Positions 39,276 through 52,750 of a DNA stretch of 64,000 bases are shown here, piece by piece. The first letter of the stretch is position 1; each line of letters begins with the position of its first letter. Position numbers and translations under genes: made by a program. The notes under the pieces were generated by a model that saw only the letters and a list, made by a program, of their open reading frames with translations, had not been told where the DNA came from and ran no database searches. Location: contig OX597818.1 in NCBI GenBank assembly GCA_951406725.2, positions 11,160,001 to 11,224,000 on the forward strand, written 5' to 3'. The stretch comes from Octopus vulgaris. Taxonomy: Eukaryota.

Positions 39276-39852
39276 CACATATATTTCATGTAGAACAGCC
39301 CCTGACATATTTCCCTCTGCTTTATTGTTGGTAGATGTGTGTGTCACTGTGAATATACATATATAACCACACACATAACCTACACGTATGTGTTTGCTTT
39401 CTGAGTTCCAAGTGAGAAGAAGTATGCACAATGCATGTTAAAAGAGTTTATTTATTTATATAAGTCAATGATTCACTCCCTAGATACTCAGTTCTGTACA
39501 TTAAACATGTTTCTGGCTTTTAAGGTTACATATCCTTTAGTATAATAAACATATATAGAATCTTGCTCTGAAATTAGTCCCATTGGTTAAACCAAAGGGA
39601 TTTTGGCAGCTTGGAATATGGATTGAACCAAGTAATTTGGTTTTTTGTTAAACATCATCAGGTATCTATTACATCTGCTTACTAAACTACTGAAAGAAAA
39701 TGTAAGCAATATCGTGTGTGGCAAACTCTTACAATATATATACACATATATATACATATATACACTCATACACGTACACACTTACATATATATTTATGAA
39801 TGAGAGAGATAATATAATATATATGTAATATATATATATATATATATATATA

Positions 39853-41040
39853 TTTCAAGCTGGGATGAAAGTTCATTCCGTTTTTGTCATGTACAGTGAA
39901 GAAAATATAGTCAGTACTGACTATAACATCAATCCATCTTTCAGTTTGTTTAGTAATACCTTGTTTGTAATATTCCTTTACTTTGATGAGAAATAAGAAA
40001 CCAACTCACCTTCAACTTCTTAGTCCACAAATGGTTTTGTACACTCCTAAACAAACAATAGCCTGAAAGAGCAAGGTCGGGAGATTATGATGCATGCAGC
40101 CTTTTTTCCCAGCTAAATTTTTCTGGCAGGTTCTTGATAACTTTTGTAGTGCAGGGGCAGGCATCATCATGGTGGATGATTATTCCCTTCTCATGCATTA
40201 AAGATGGGTGTTTTTTCTTCAAAGCAGCTTTCATTACACATCAGTGTTGATTATTTAGTTATTCACCAACAGTTCAAAATGGATAATACTTGGATATCCC
40301 ACCATATACTCAACATGATCTTTTTGGCTCCTGAACAGCTCAGTTCCACTACTAGTCACTGACCACTACGCTTAACATTATGGTAAAGGATCCATTTTTC
40401 TGTTTTGTCACAAGTTACAACCTTGTTTAAAAATGGATTTTGAAAGTGTTATGTCACATCAATTGACACATTGTTGGTGATTCTCTTCAGACAGGTGCAA
40501 CACCAGCTTTCCAACCATTTACAGTCCTTTTAAATTCATGTTTGGCCTTTGAATAATTAACATTAAAATATTCACCAAATCTCCTAGTTGTGATGAAAGG
40601 ATTTGCTCTAACAACCACATCAAGTTCACCAGATTGAGTCCTTTTGGCTGTCCACTACTTGGCTTGTCCTGTAAGCTTAAAGCTCCATTTCCAAAATGAG
40701 AAAACCACTTTCTACACATTTTTTCACTTAACCTTTTAACATTCAGATTACTTTGTCAAAAATGTTGTTTATTTATTCACATTTGTTAAAATTAATCATC
40801 TCTTAACTTGTAGCTTCAAGATTTTGAAGATGTGTTTATTTATTTTTAGATTATCATTGTGGGTTAGATGTAAGAGGCTGAATTTGCCTAGCTTCAGCGT
40901 AAAACGGGTAAAATATTTTTGGTCGGATATGGCCAAGTTAAATGCTAAAGGGTTGAAACATTAGGACCATAATTGTTCTGAATGGATTTTGCTACTGCAC
41001 TAGCATCAACACTTTTATGAAACTTTTAAAGCAGTTGGTT
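39853..41040 (-). mobile_element. Decayed mariner (DD34D-type) transposon, interrupted by a MITE
   Basis: Minus-strand fragments CRKWFSHFGNGALSLQDKPSSGQP (HTH), FLNKVVTCD..EKWILYHN, KKIMLSIWWD, HHDDA.P and SPDLALSGYCLFRSVQNHL, with stops and frameshifts. Confidence 0.8.
40732..40952. mobile_element. piggyBac-like MITE nested in the mariner transposase gene
   Basis: TTAA|CCTTTTAACATT ... AATGCTAAAGGG|TTGA. The mariner HTH peptide continues across it (NYGPNV / SEKMCRKWF). Confidence 0.8.
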
Positions 41041-41525
41041 CCTCTCTTCTTACTTAACTTCACTCACCCACCCTATATCCCACATACAGAATCATCTGCA
41101 AATCTTCAGTGTTCTCCATCACTTACAATATAGAGAAGTGTTTATACACATATGCCTGCTTATATTTCTGATCAACAATATATTTTCTTAGCAATAGTTT
41201 TTGATAATTCCCTGTATTATAGACAAGTAAGTTCACCATTTTTATAGAAACCCAATCTCCATTACAAATACTCTGTGGACCTGTGATATGCATTCCACCC
41301 TGGCAACTTCACTAATATTATCTGTCCAATACGAAATAAGAAAGAGAACGACTGTTTGAAATATCTCAAATAGTTCAATCATCTTTGTAACACTTGAATG
41401 GTCACACAAAACCAAGAAACTCAGAAGTAGCATTGGAACAAACCATTATCATTAAATGAATAAACTCTACTGTTATATTTACTTCTCCTTCAGATATATA
41501 TACATTAGCAGACAGCTCACACCCC

Positions 41526-41559
<34 letters not shown>

Positions 41560-42391
41560 TATATATACATATAGATAGATATACATATAGATAGATAGAT
41601 ACACACGCATTCATGTATTTGCTTTGCAAGACTCTTGATGTGAAATTATGTGTTGATGCAGATATTGTTATATTTGGGGATGGACATATATTGCCAAATA
41701 GATAGGAATACACACCACAGAAAGACAAAATGGAATAAACAGAACAAAAGGAGACACATGGGCAGAGAGTTGCTGAAGAGGTCACAGGATGTGTGACGAC
41801 AAAAATTTGATGAAGAAACTCAAATAATAATAATGATCAGTACCAGACAGTAGCTTTCATGGCTTCTGATCTTAGCTGGCTGGAAGTGTTATGTATATTG
41901 TTTTGTCTTGGTATAAAAGATGGGCTACAGCAAATATTCTACTCAATACCACAGATTTGCTTGTCAGTTGTTTGACCATACCCAGTTGAGCATGTCCTTT
42001 AGTGGCTGATAATATGTGCACCTCTGATCATGAGCAGAAGTAGTGGGGAAACATTATAGCCATGTGTTGAGAGGAATTCCTTGGAGTTTGGTTAATTCAC
42101 TTCTGGAAACATGAGTGTTTCATTCAACATCCTTAAATAACCCTTATTCAGGGGCCTTTTGAGCTGGATGGGTTACTCAGCCTGAAGAAAATTCTGCAAG
42201 ATCATGTGCTGTTTATCTTGACATGAGATCATCATGTCTTGCACATATGGTTGTGATGCATGTGCCTAGCGTACCCTTATCAAACAGGTAGTCATGATGG
42301 GCATATTGGGCTTTGTATATTTTACCCCAGTGTCACTTTGATGTCATGCACTGCTCTCTCCCTCAATAATAATAATAATAATAATAATAAT

Positions 42392-42722
42392 AAGAGCACA
42401 AACCTTTGCCAAAGCAACACCACCATCCTCTCAACGATTAGCCGGAGATGATTTTTAAAATGAGAATATCTAAAATAAACTCAACTGCTCTCACAAACAT
42501 GAATACTAAAAATGAACCCGACCACTCTCAAAAATTAAGTAAAAGAAAAATAATCGAAAATCCTTGTCCTGTACTGGATTGATCCCAAAATCTAATCAAT
42601 TCATGTCAATCATGAAAGTTTTATCTGAATCCATCCAGTGGTTCTTGAGATATCTTGCCCACAGACAAACTAACAAACATGACTGGAAACAATACCTTCG
42701 TCTTAGCGAAGGTGGAGGTAAT
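42392..42722 (+). mobile_element. Helentron-associated (HINE/DINE-1-like) non-autonomous element
   Basis: gatcccaaaatctaatca...atccatccagtggttcttgagatatc...acagacaaac, then a terminal hairpin ACCTTCG...CGAAGGT followed by GGAGGTAAT. Confidence 0.55.
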
Positions 42723-42804
42723 AATAATAATAATTCTGAAATGAAGATCAAATATATGGTATATGTGTTTAATTGCCAATAATGACCATCACTAAGTATA
42801 ACTT

Positions 42805-43145
42805 ATTTAAGTCATTAGACTGCAACCATGCTGATGAAAAATCCCAGTTCTTATTCCTTTTTTTTAAGTCTGGTACTTATTCTGTTGGCCTCTTTTGCTG
42901 AACTGCTAAGTTATGGGGATGTAAACACAACAACACTGGTTATCAAGCAGCGGTGGGGGACATACACAAACATAAAGATGCATACATACATACACGAAGG
43001 GCTTTTTTTCAGTTTCTGCCCAAATCCACTCATGAGGCTTTGGCCAATCCAAGGCTATAGTAGAAGACACTTGCCTAAGGTGTCATGCAATAGAACGGAA
43101 CCCAAAGTCATGTGGTTGGGAATCAAGTTTCTTACCACACAGCCC
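42805..43145 (-). mobile_element. SINE family S1, diverged copy
   Basis: Collinear with the S1 pattern. Confidence 0.75.
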
Positions 43146-43184
43146 TATGTATATGTGTATATATATATATATATATGTATTGAG

Positions 43185-43216
<32 letters not shown>

Positions 43217-43400
43217 GCATATGTTGAATAGATCAAGGCAGATCAAAATGAAGCACACTTATTATGGCTAGACACTACGACACAATTCAGCAGATAATTC
43301 ATTCAGTTAACAAAATCCACAGTTATTTGGTATCCTGTAAATCTAAGAGTAACCAATGTTAATTGGAACTTTAAGTGTGGTGTGATATAATAATAAAACA

Positions 43401-43673
43401 AACAGATTTTATGGTATATCTACAAATATTTCATTAAGAAATTTTACTTTCACATTACATCATACAAGTAGACATGTATTGACGTGCAATATCCATAAGA
43501 TTATGCTGCATTTGCTTGTTTTAATTATTGTATAGCAGAAGATTTGAGAGATTCTGTGTAATGCTTTGTATAATCTTATGGACGTTGCTTGTCTATACAT
43601 GCCTGTTTGTATGATGTTACATCAAAATAAAATTTCTTCATGAAACATTTGTAGATATACTGTAAAATTCATT
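43401..43673. repeat. Foldback/MITE-like inverted repeat with arms of about 105 bp
   Basis: gtatatctacaaat...aagaaatttta...catcatacaa...tccataagattat mirrors ataatcttatgga...ttgtatgatg...taaaatttctt...tttgtagatatac. Confidence 0.75.
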
Positions 43674-44982
43674 TGTCTATTTTTGAGGTAGTTTGGTTGG
43701 TTGGCTTCCTTCCATTCTTTCTTTCTCAGATGAAGATCAAGAACACTACATCTTTAAAAAAAAAAAAAGGACACAGTACATAATGCAGAGTATATATTCA
43801 TTTGTTACTGATGAAATAACTTACAATTGTATAATTACGATTTGTATCTTTGAAAAGATACTTATATATTGGAACAGTTGCATAATTGTATTCATTCTTC
43901 ATAACTGTATCATCATCATCATCATTTATTGTCCCTTTTTACATGCTGGCCTGAGCTGGACTATATAACAAGAACTGGTATGCCATAGGACTATGCTAAG
44001 CTCTACTGTCTGCTTTGGCATGATGTCTATAGCTGGATGCTCTTCTTAATGCCAATTGCTTTATTGAGTGTGTGGGGTGCTTTACATTTTGTGGCACCAG
44101 CACTAGTGATGTCACTGATTACTTGCAAAACAACACTCTTCATCTAAGTGGTGTATAATATTGAAAGAGGTGAAATTATTATAGAGGGAGAAAAAAGGTG
44201 CTTCATTGAGGAGGAGAATACATGTATACATGTGTGTGTACATATATACGTATGTGTGTGTGTGTGTGTGTATTGATTCAACATGTTTTTCCATGCTAAT
44301 ATGGCTCGGATGGGGATTTATTAAAAGTAAGATTTTTTTGACCAGATTGTGTTTTTGTTGCCAACCCTTATTGTTTTTTTTTTTACAAGTAAGGGGAATT
44401 TTTTATTCCACAGGTCTTTAGAAACCTCAGAGTTCCCAGTTGTAATGACAAAAAGGAATGTAACCATCATCACTGTTTCACTCCAATGATGACAAACAAA
44501 GAAACGTAAAAATTCATAGATACACACACAAACTTGCATGCACGCACACACATACATAAACAAATTTCTTGCAGGTTCTGCTTTGCTAAATTCACTCTCA
44601 AGGCATTCATTAGCTCTAGGCTATAGTAGAAGATATGAAAGGTGCTGTGCAGTGGGACTGAACACATAACCATGTGATTATAAAGGAAACTTCTGAACTG
44701 CAGAGCCATGCTTGCACACATGCAATCTTGATATTGTAGCCTCAGAAAAAATTCATAATTCATATGAACTTTCATTGAGCACTTTTGTGAGAAATACCTT
44801 GCTGAACCTAATTGAGATACATGCTGTGATGTATATGTGTTTTGTTACTGAGTATGCATTACCTATGTACACACTTATATGTGTGTGTGTGTGTGTGTGT
44901 GTGCATGAATGAGTGTATATGTTTCTAAATAGGTTAATTTGTGTGTGTGTGATAAATATATGACTATACATACATACATACA

Positions 44983-45017
<35 letters not shown>

Positions 45018-45224
45018 CTACATGTTCACATAAATACACATACATTTGTGTGTGTGTATGTGAGTGTGTTTGAGTATGTATTTATAGATGTCTGTATTGA
45101 TAACGAACATTTACTGTTATGTAATTACATGTAAGTAGTATGTATGTGTGCACGTATGATCACATGCAAACACATAGAAATACACAATTTCTAATTAGTT
45201 GTATGTGTTGTGTATTTATTACAG

Positions 45225-45352
45225 ATTTCATCTACTGGATAATGGTAATTTGCTGATTGAAGAAGCAGAAGTTAGTGATGATGGCTTGTACATATGCCAG
45301 GTGGAAAATTCAGTAGGTGTATCAGAAGCTGTCGCAAAACTCACTGTGCATG
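45225..45352 (+). CDS. ROBO: Robo exon, second half of Ig domain 3 (phase 2-1, 128 nt)
   Basis: Acceptor ttattacag|A completes the CG|A Arg codon. Encodes FHLLDNGNLLIEEAEVSDDGLYICQVENSVGVSEAVAKLTVH with the DxGxYxC motif. Donor CATG|gtaagt. Confidence 0.92.
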
Positions 45353-45477
45353 GTAAGTATTTCTCGGATATAGTATTTTACAGATATGTGTGTAATATGT
45401 AATACACACAGGCATATAAATAGATATGTGTTACATACATAGTTCAAGCATGATATATTTATGAACACTTATAAGTA

Positions 45478-45511
<34 letters not shown>

Positions 45512-45987
45512 GCTATATGTATATATATATATGTGTGTGTGTGTATATATTTATTTATATACACACACACATGTATATATATATATATATATATATATAT
45601 TCATGTCTGTGTGCACATGATATGTTTATTTACACATGTATCATTATTTATATGTCTTCTTTTCCACACAGGGATGAGTTGGATGGGATCTCCTGTGGCA
45701 GTGGATGTAATAAAAAATACTATAATGTATAAACAAATGTATATATATTTGTAATGTAGAAATATAATTGCAGTATATACATATACGGTAACATGCATTT
45801 ATATTCTGTATGAAAATATAATACGCATGGATATATGTATGTTTGTGTATATAATGTATATGCATGTAGATAGATGTGGTGCATATGTATTTAATATATA
45901 TGCATGTAGATAGATGTGTGTGTGTATATATATATATATACACACACACACACATACACATACACACAATTGAGCACACAGGTGCAA

Positions 45988-46670
45988 AACATCATCATCC
46001 GCTTTCGATGCTGGCATAGGTTGGATGGTTTGACTGAGGACTGGCAAGCCAGGAGGCTGCACCAGGCTCCATTCTGCTCTGGCAAGGTTTCTACACCTAG
46101 ATGCCCTTCCTAAAGCCAACCACTCCAAGAGTGTAGTGGGTGCTTTTTCCGTGCTATCAGCATGAGAGCCTGTCAGGCACCATTGGCATCAACCACGCTC
46201 TGATGGTGCTTTTTGTATGCCACCGGCATCTCATTTGGCTTGCTGGGTTTTCTCAAGCACAGCATATCTCCAAAGGTCTCGGTGATTTGTCATTGTTTCT
46301 GTGAGGCCCAATGTTCAAAGTTTGTTTTACATCACCTCATCCCGTGTCTTCCTGGGTCTACCTCTTCCACAGGTTCCCTCCACTGTGATACTTCTTCACA
46401 ACACATGACCATACCAGTGCAGTCGTCTCTCTTGCACACTACATCTAATGCTTCTTATGTTCAACTTTTCTCTTAGGGCACTTACACTCTGTCATGTGTG
46501 CACACTGACATTAAACATCCAGCAGAGCATACTAGCTTCATTTCTTTCAAGTCTATGCATGTCTTCAGCAGTCACAGCCCATATTTCACTGCTGTTTAGC
46601 ATGGCTGTCCGCACACATGCATCATACAGTTTACCTTTCACTCTGAGTGAGAGGCCCTTTGTTACCAATG
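45988..46670 (-). mobile_element. RTE-clade LINE family R1: ORF C-terminus plus 3-prime UTR
   Basis: LSLRVKGKLYDACVRTAMLNSSEIWAV...RRLHWYGHV...GRGRPRKT is a typical RTE C-terminus, with stops. It is followed by the R1 UTR and a GAT tail. Confidence 0.85.
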
Positions 46671-46979
46671 TATAGACTGCACTTAGAAGTGCTCAAGATA
46701 TTCGAACTTGAGGCATTAGATGAATATGGAAATGAGAGTCAAGTTAGGCAAATCAGTTCACATATAATAATACACATATTTAATAATAGACCCAATATTC
46801 ATAAATTTTTTAAAATATGTTTAATACATCAAACATATTAAAAATATATAGATATATAAATATAAGAAAAATATATAGATTTATTAATACATTAAAAATA
46901 TATGAATACATAAATATATAAATACATTAAGAATATATTGAAAATATAAATACATATATAGATCAACTTACAGAATAAA

Positions 46980-47700
46980 AATGATACCATAGAACTAGAT
47001 AGAAAGTTATGAGTCCAGAAAAAAGTAAAACCTAAAAAGTTTGAGTATTAATAATCTGATGGCTGTTTCTGGAGGTTTAGTTGTCCAGTCAAATAAAGGA
47101 TATTTATATCCATTATTGGACACCACTCCTTCTTCAGGGAAAAGTAAAGTACTAGAGAGATTCACGTTTACTGCATTTTCATGATGAGAGTTAACTACTG
47201 AGTGATCTTATAGAGAACTATATACATGAGGACATGAAGTAGAAGTGTTTTAGAAAAAGTACTGGGAAGAGGAGATACAGTGTGTGGTCAAATAAAGTTA
47301 CTGATGGTTCTATAGGTAGGTGGTAAGAGGAGGGGAGTGCGGTTTAAGTATTTAAAATAAAATTCAACAGGTGTGGAAACTGGTTCTCAACTCTGTCCTG
47401 AATCATCAAAATGCAAAAAGGTTGAGTAAAATCTATGATTACAAGAGTAGATGGTATCAGAAAATTCATTTAATTTTGAGGAATTATGAAGACGGAGAAT
47501 AATTAGTGATTCTTTTATGCATAGTCTGCACTTACCTATCCTTATATTGTAAGGGGGATCTTCTCTTATTATAGACCAAGCTAGTGTATACTGTATATTT
47601 TGTAACTTAAGATTATGTATTTATATTGCGAATGAGGTTGAAAATTTGTATTTTGTCTTAGTGATGGAATGTAAGTGAGCTCGATAGCAACGGTATATAT
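46980..47700 (-). mobile_element. Penelope-like element 3-prime part: GIY-YIG endonuclease C-terminus plus pseudo-LTR with a hammerhead relic
   Basis: RCYRAHLHS...STSFAI*IHNLKLQNIQYTLAWSIIREDPPYNIRIGKCRLCIKESLII...LNE......CNH fits the PLE endonuclease tail (WSI...PY......C.LC..E...I...LN......C.H). CTGAAGA...GAAAC motif at 47137-47065. The downstream boundary is uncertain. Confidence 0.78.
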
Positions 47701-47709
47701 AAATATATG

Positions 47710-47763
<54 letters not shown>

Positions 47764-48548
47764 CCTGATAGCTACTTGTACTTATTTCACTGATGTCAGA
47801 AGGATTAAATGCAAAGTCAGCCTCTGCAATGCATTCACTTTGTTTCATACTGATTTTGATTAATTTTCATCATTTTGAGTTCCAGGGTTCTTACCCTTCC
47901 TTTTCTTGATCAGTATTGATAATTGGTTCTCCTCTCCAAATGTATGATTTTGATTCATTAAAATTGATTGGTTCTCTAGATGAAGTATGTTAACACCCAC
48001 TTTGTATATTGTATATGTACTTAATGATTCCCTTGTCACTACTTTGACAAGCATGGTGAAGTCTGTGCTTTACATGATTGAAACATGTCCAGAGTTGTTT
48101 CCTGTATTTGCCAAAATATAAATCATAATTGAAACAAAATTTACCAGCTACTTAGTGTTTGTAAGATAAATTATTCTATTAATATTCAACATAGTAAAGG
48201 TAATTAAAAAAATAGAAATAATTTATTGAACAGTAATTTTTGGATGATTGAGTAGCAGATAATGCTCTGTTGTATTCAGTAACATGGTAACTTAGTAATA
48301 AAATGATAGATGGTTCAGATCCTGTATGTGAACCTGTTTCATCTTACTGTTTCAAATTGATGGTTATAATGTCTGATATAAATTAACAAGAGAGAAGGAT
48401 AGTGCCTGTGACCCTTTACAGGGCCTCTGACATTGGTGGGAGGGAAGGAGAAAAGTATTATCCAAATTGGAGGCCTGTCCTGCATGTTTTCACTAAAGCG
48501 GACTTTACAAAAGGCCAAATAGTAGTGTTAAGTCAGCTAATGAATACT

Positions 48549-49092
48549 TTGACTTGACTTGACTTGAGACAGCATTCACCCGGGGTGGGTTGAGCCAGCT
48601 TCATTCATCCTCAATGCTGCATCTCTCACAAACGCCGACCAGGCCTGGCGATTTAAGGCTAACGACCGCGTGATCTCCAACCACTCCTTATTCCAGTGGC
48701 GAACACCGTAGACACGGGGGCCTAGGTTGGGTTGGATTTCAGATCAGCCTTGACTGTCATCAGCCAGGTTTTTCGTTGTCCACCACATTGCTTTCACCAA
48801 CCTTGAAGGTGAGCTGAGGCAACTGCTTTGTAGATGAATTCTCCTGGTTGACGATGGAGGGCATGACCCAGCCAATGCAGACGTCTCGTAAAGATGACTT
48901 GTCGGAGGGAGGTGATTTTGCACTGGTGTTGCACCAAATTGTTGGAGACAAAGTGATACCATCGGACACAAAGGATGCGGCGTAGACAGAGGTGATCGAA
49001 GGATTCTAGTCGCTTAATATCTTCCACCCTTATCGGCCATGACTCGCTGCTGTAAATGAGAATCGTTCGTACTAGTGCTTTGTAGATCCTTC
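48549..49092 (-). mobile_element. Second RTE-clade LINE (family R2) 3-prime fragment with a (CAAGT)n tail
   Basis: RIYKALVRTILIYSSESWPIRVEDIKRLESFDHLCLRRIL...RRLHWLGHALHR...GPRVYGVRHWNKEW. Higher GC than the flanks. Confidence 0.85.
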
Positions 49093-49956
49093 AAACATTC
49101 CTCATAGCCAATGAAAGCACCACCAATAAAACCATAGCAGTATTGTCTGAATTTCTGGGAGTAGGAATTATTAGTATTATTGCTGATGTTTTCAAGTTTA
49201 TTATGATCACATTTCAGCCATAGACCTCTCTGATCATCTTCAGGTACTTGACATATTTGGTAATGTTCTTGTTTTCTGAACTGACCCTTATTCAGTCCAT
49301 AAAAGTAGACTGTTCTCATTCACAAATAATGAAATGGGAAGAATTTACTATTATGGTTTCAGTACCGGATTGAAATCAATATTGTGAGAGTGTTACCAAA
49401 TATATCAGGCACCTAAACAAGGCTCAGAAATTCAACAGCTAAAGTCTTGTGGCTATAAACACCAAGATAAAGGCACTGTTTTAAATATGTCAGTGTATAA
49501 ATGTCCATAAGTTTATTCATACACTCTAGTGTGTGTTGCGTTTTTTATTGTTTTAATTTTCTTCTCAAGCACTAATTACCTAATATACAGCTTTAGGTTT
49601 AAACCAAACTGAAAGTTAATGAGACTTACTGTGTTGAAATACTTTTTTTTTTAATGTTAGATCTATATTGTTCTCTCTAGGGTTTATAGCCCTAAAATTC
49701 TTTTAATGGAAAATAAGAAACAATATCTCTTACAGAATTAATTAATTCCTAGACGATATGGTGTGTTACATAATTTCCCATCAACAGATTCATCTTACTT
49801 AGCTGTGCATGTCTGTCTGATGTCAGAATATTTTTCTTTGGTTATGACACATTCATTTGTCAGAAATCAAATTTCTTAGAGAAGCTTCAGAATTCTTGCT
49901 GAAGGATGGGGGTACTCATTCTTATATTTTTCATTCTTTCTATCATTGTCATTATA

Positions 49957-49999
<43 letters not shown>

Positions 50000-51657
50000 T
50001 ACATTGCCCTTCCCCTCAATATGTCACTCTTTTTCTTTTATGTGTACACATTAGTTTGGTACACCATCTTCAGATATTTCTCACTCACCATCTTCCTTAC
50101 ACACATATTGACACACTCATACACACTTTTTTTTCTTTTTTATTTGCTCACACCTACAGGTTTTAACACACACACACACAAATAGTGAAGCACACAAACT
50201 CTCAGTATGTACTCAAATACACAGATGAACAATTAGACACACTCAGATGCTTTGAAATACTTGAAAACACAAACTTATAAAAACCTGCACACACATACTA
50301 CTGCAGGCAGACATATTCATAAACACAAAATTAAATTGCACTCACATTCATAGTGGATTATAATTTATTCTAAATTATCTTTTTTTTTTTAATATAATGG
50401 TCGTAAAGAGAGCAAAAACAAAAACCAACTGATAAAGAAATATGAAAGAGTTACAAATAACCAAACAGCTAAAAAACCAAAAAAAAAAACCTGTTTGAAG
50501 CATATAACTAACGAAAGCAAATATCACCTATCTATATGGTTATATGACAATGCTGGAAAATTATAAAGAGAAACCTCAAAATTTCAGAAGCTTCAAAGTA
50601 CTTTACTTGTCAAAAAATTTCCTGAGATTTTGTAAGCACAAATGGATTAGATGAAAGACTGAAATGCTATATAACGAATTGGAGAATGTTGTATGTAAAA
50701 GATACTGTTATGAGGAAATAACATAAGATCTCATAGAGGAAATGTCAAATTATTCTTTCATTTATTTCACGCCATTATATTTGAAAAATAAGTGATGTAT
50801 AGCATACATGACCTCGTGAAAAATAGAAACTGCATTTCTGTTGGTTGGTTAGAATTTCCTCAACATGAAATACTATACAATGTTATTGAAAACTGCTGAG
50901 AGACATCTAAATGAAGTAAATAAATGAATGTTACAAATGAATATAAATATAAATTTAAAAACCATTAAAAACACAAGAAACTGTAGAGAAAATAAATAAA
51001 TAAATAAAAATGAAAGAATTGGTTCAGCTGACATTTCTGATTAATTTCTCTCAGTTAATAGTTTAGCGGGTATATGTTTTTGGCATTAATGTATTTGGTC
51101 TAGAAGACACAAAGAATATAGAATTTAGGGTGATACTGATCTTTCTACTGTGACATGTAACTTCTTCTCTTAGTGTGTGTATGTATGTATAGACACACAC
51201 ATGTGTATATGTGTATATATATATATATAGTGTGTGTGTGTGTGTGTGTGTGTTGGGAGTGATACAAGGAATATAAAATTGAGAAAGATTTTGAAAGTTT
51301 TGACTACTTTGACATGTGGCCTTCACTGCTAGTATAATTAGTATAAGAGGGTCACAAGGTCCACAGAATTTTAGGGAAATATTGATATTCTAACTGTGGC
51401 GTGTGGGGCTTTAGTGCTTGAAAATTTGATGTAAGGATGGCACAAGGGATATATGATTTAAGGAGAAACTCTTCTGAAAACTATGGCATATGGCCTTCAC
51501 TACTACTATATTTCGTTTGGGAAGTGTAAAAAGCAGAGATTTTGTTAAATGGTTATGAAAGACGCAACTCCAAATTATTAGCCTTGGCCTAAATTAGAGA
51601 CAGTTATAAAGAATGATTCAATTCCATTTCTTTTTTCAGATGTATACATGAAAATAT

Positions 51658-51712
<55 letters not shown>

Positions 51713-51794
51713 CCATTTTTTTCTATACATGTATACAGTTTCACATTTATAAGTAATGGTTAGTGGCATTTGAAATTTAGATATATGTATATTA

Positions 51795-52250
51795 TTATTA
51801 TCATCATCATCATTATTTAACATGTTTTCCATGCTGGCATGGATTGGACATATATATGTGTATATATACATATGTATCATCATTACCATTTAATGTCCAT
51901 TGTCCATGCTAAAATGGGTTGGACAGTGTGACCAGAGCTGGCAAGCCGGTAGGACTACACCAAGTCCCTGTCTAGTTTAGCATGGTTTCTATGGCAGGAT
52001 GCCCTTCCTAATCCCAACCACTTTACAAAGTGTGTTGGATGCTTTTACATGGCACCACATGGGCCCTTTTACATGATGCTGCATTAGCTCTTTTATGTGG
52101 CACTGCTATGGGTGCTTTACACAGCCAGAAGGATCAGTCTGTTGTAAGGTACATGTCTCCTTGAGTACAGCCAGGCACCAGGTGTCTCAGTCCTTTGTCA
52201 TCTCACCTGAAAGGTTCAGCTTCCTGAGGTTGTTCTTCAGTACTTTGTCC
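51795..52250 (-). mobile_element. RTE LINE family R1 3-prime fragments, diverged
   Basis: Two (CAT)n...ccatgct starts and ggatgcccttcctaa. Confidence 0.6.
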
Positions 52251-52329
52251 ATATATTCTTCTGCTGTCCATTGTAGTTCTACATTTTTCTTGTTTAGTAA
52301 TCATCTCTGGCAGGCTCACATGTGGGCTA

Positions 52330-52750
52330 CAAGGCCTGCTCTTGATCTGCTGCAGGTCAAGCTACTTGATGTAATGGAGAAGTCAGCCCTCTCATGTGCT
52401 CGTTTGTATTCACTCTGTTTCTCCTCAATGGCTGGAATAACAATCCTCAACAATCAATGTCTTTTGTGACACCACAGGGCCTTCTCCTAGGTGTCTGAGA
52501 AGATGCTGGACTTCTTCATATGTCTTTTCAGCATATCCCTATATCACAACCATTAGCCTGGCCACCACAGCTCCTTTGGGATCCTACCACCCTCCATCCA
52601 GTAACCACACCCCACCCAGCACAGCTGCAATGAGGTAATGAGGGCCTCCAAATTAATTGTGCCAGTGTGGTGCAGGAACCTATATCTCAGAACTGTGATC
52701 CTGCCATCTGAAATGCAAGATGAAGTGCAGATGGCAAAGTTGAACTTGCA
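52330..52750 (-). mobile_element. Old RTE/BovB-like LINE fragment
   Basis: Minus-strand remnants LHFRWQD, LEALITSLQLCWVG, IPKEL and YRDMLKRHMK in shifting frames. Confidence 0.45.
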
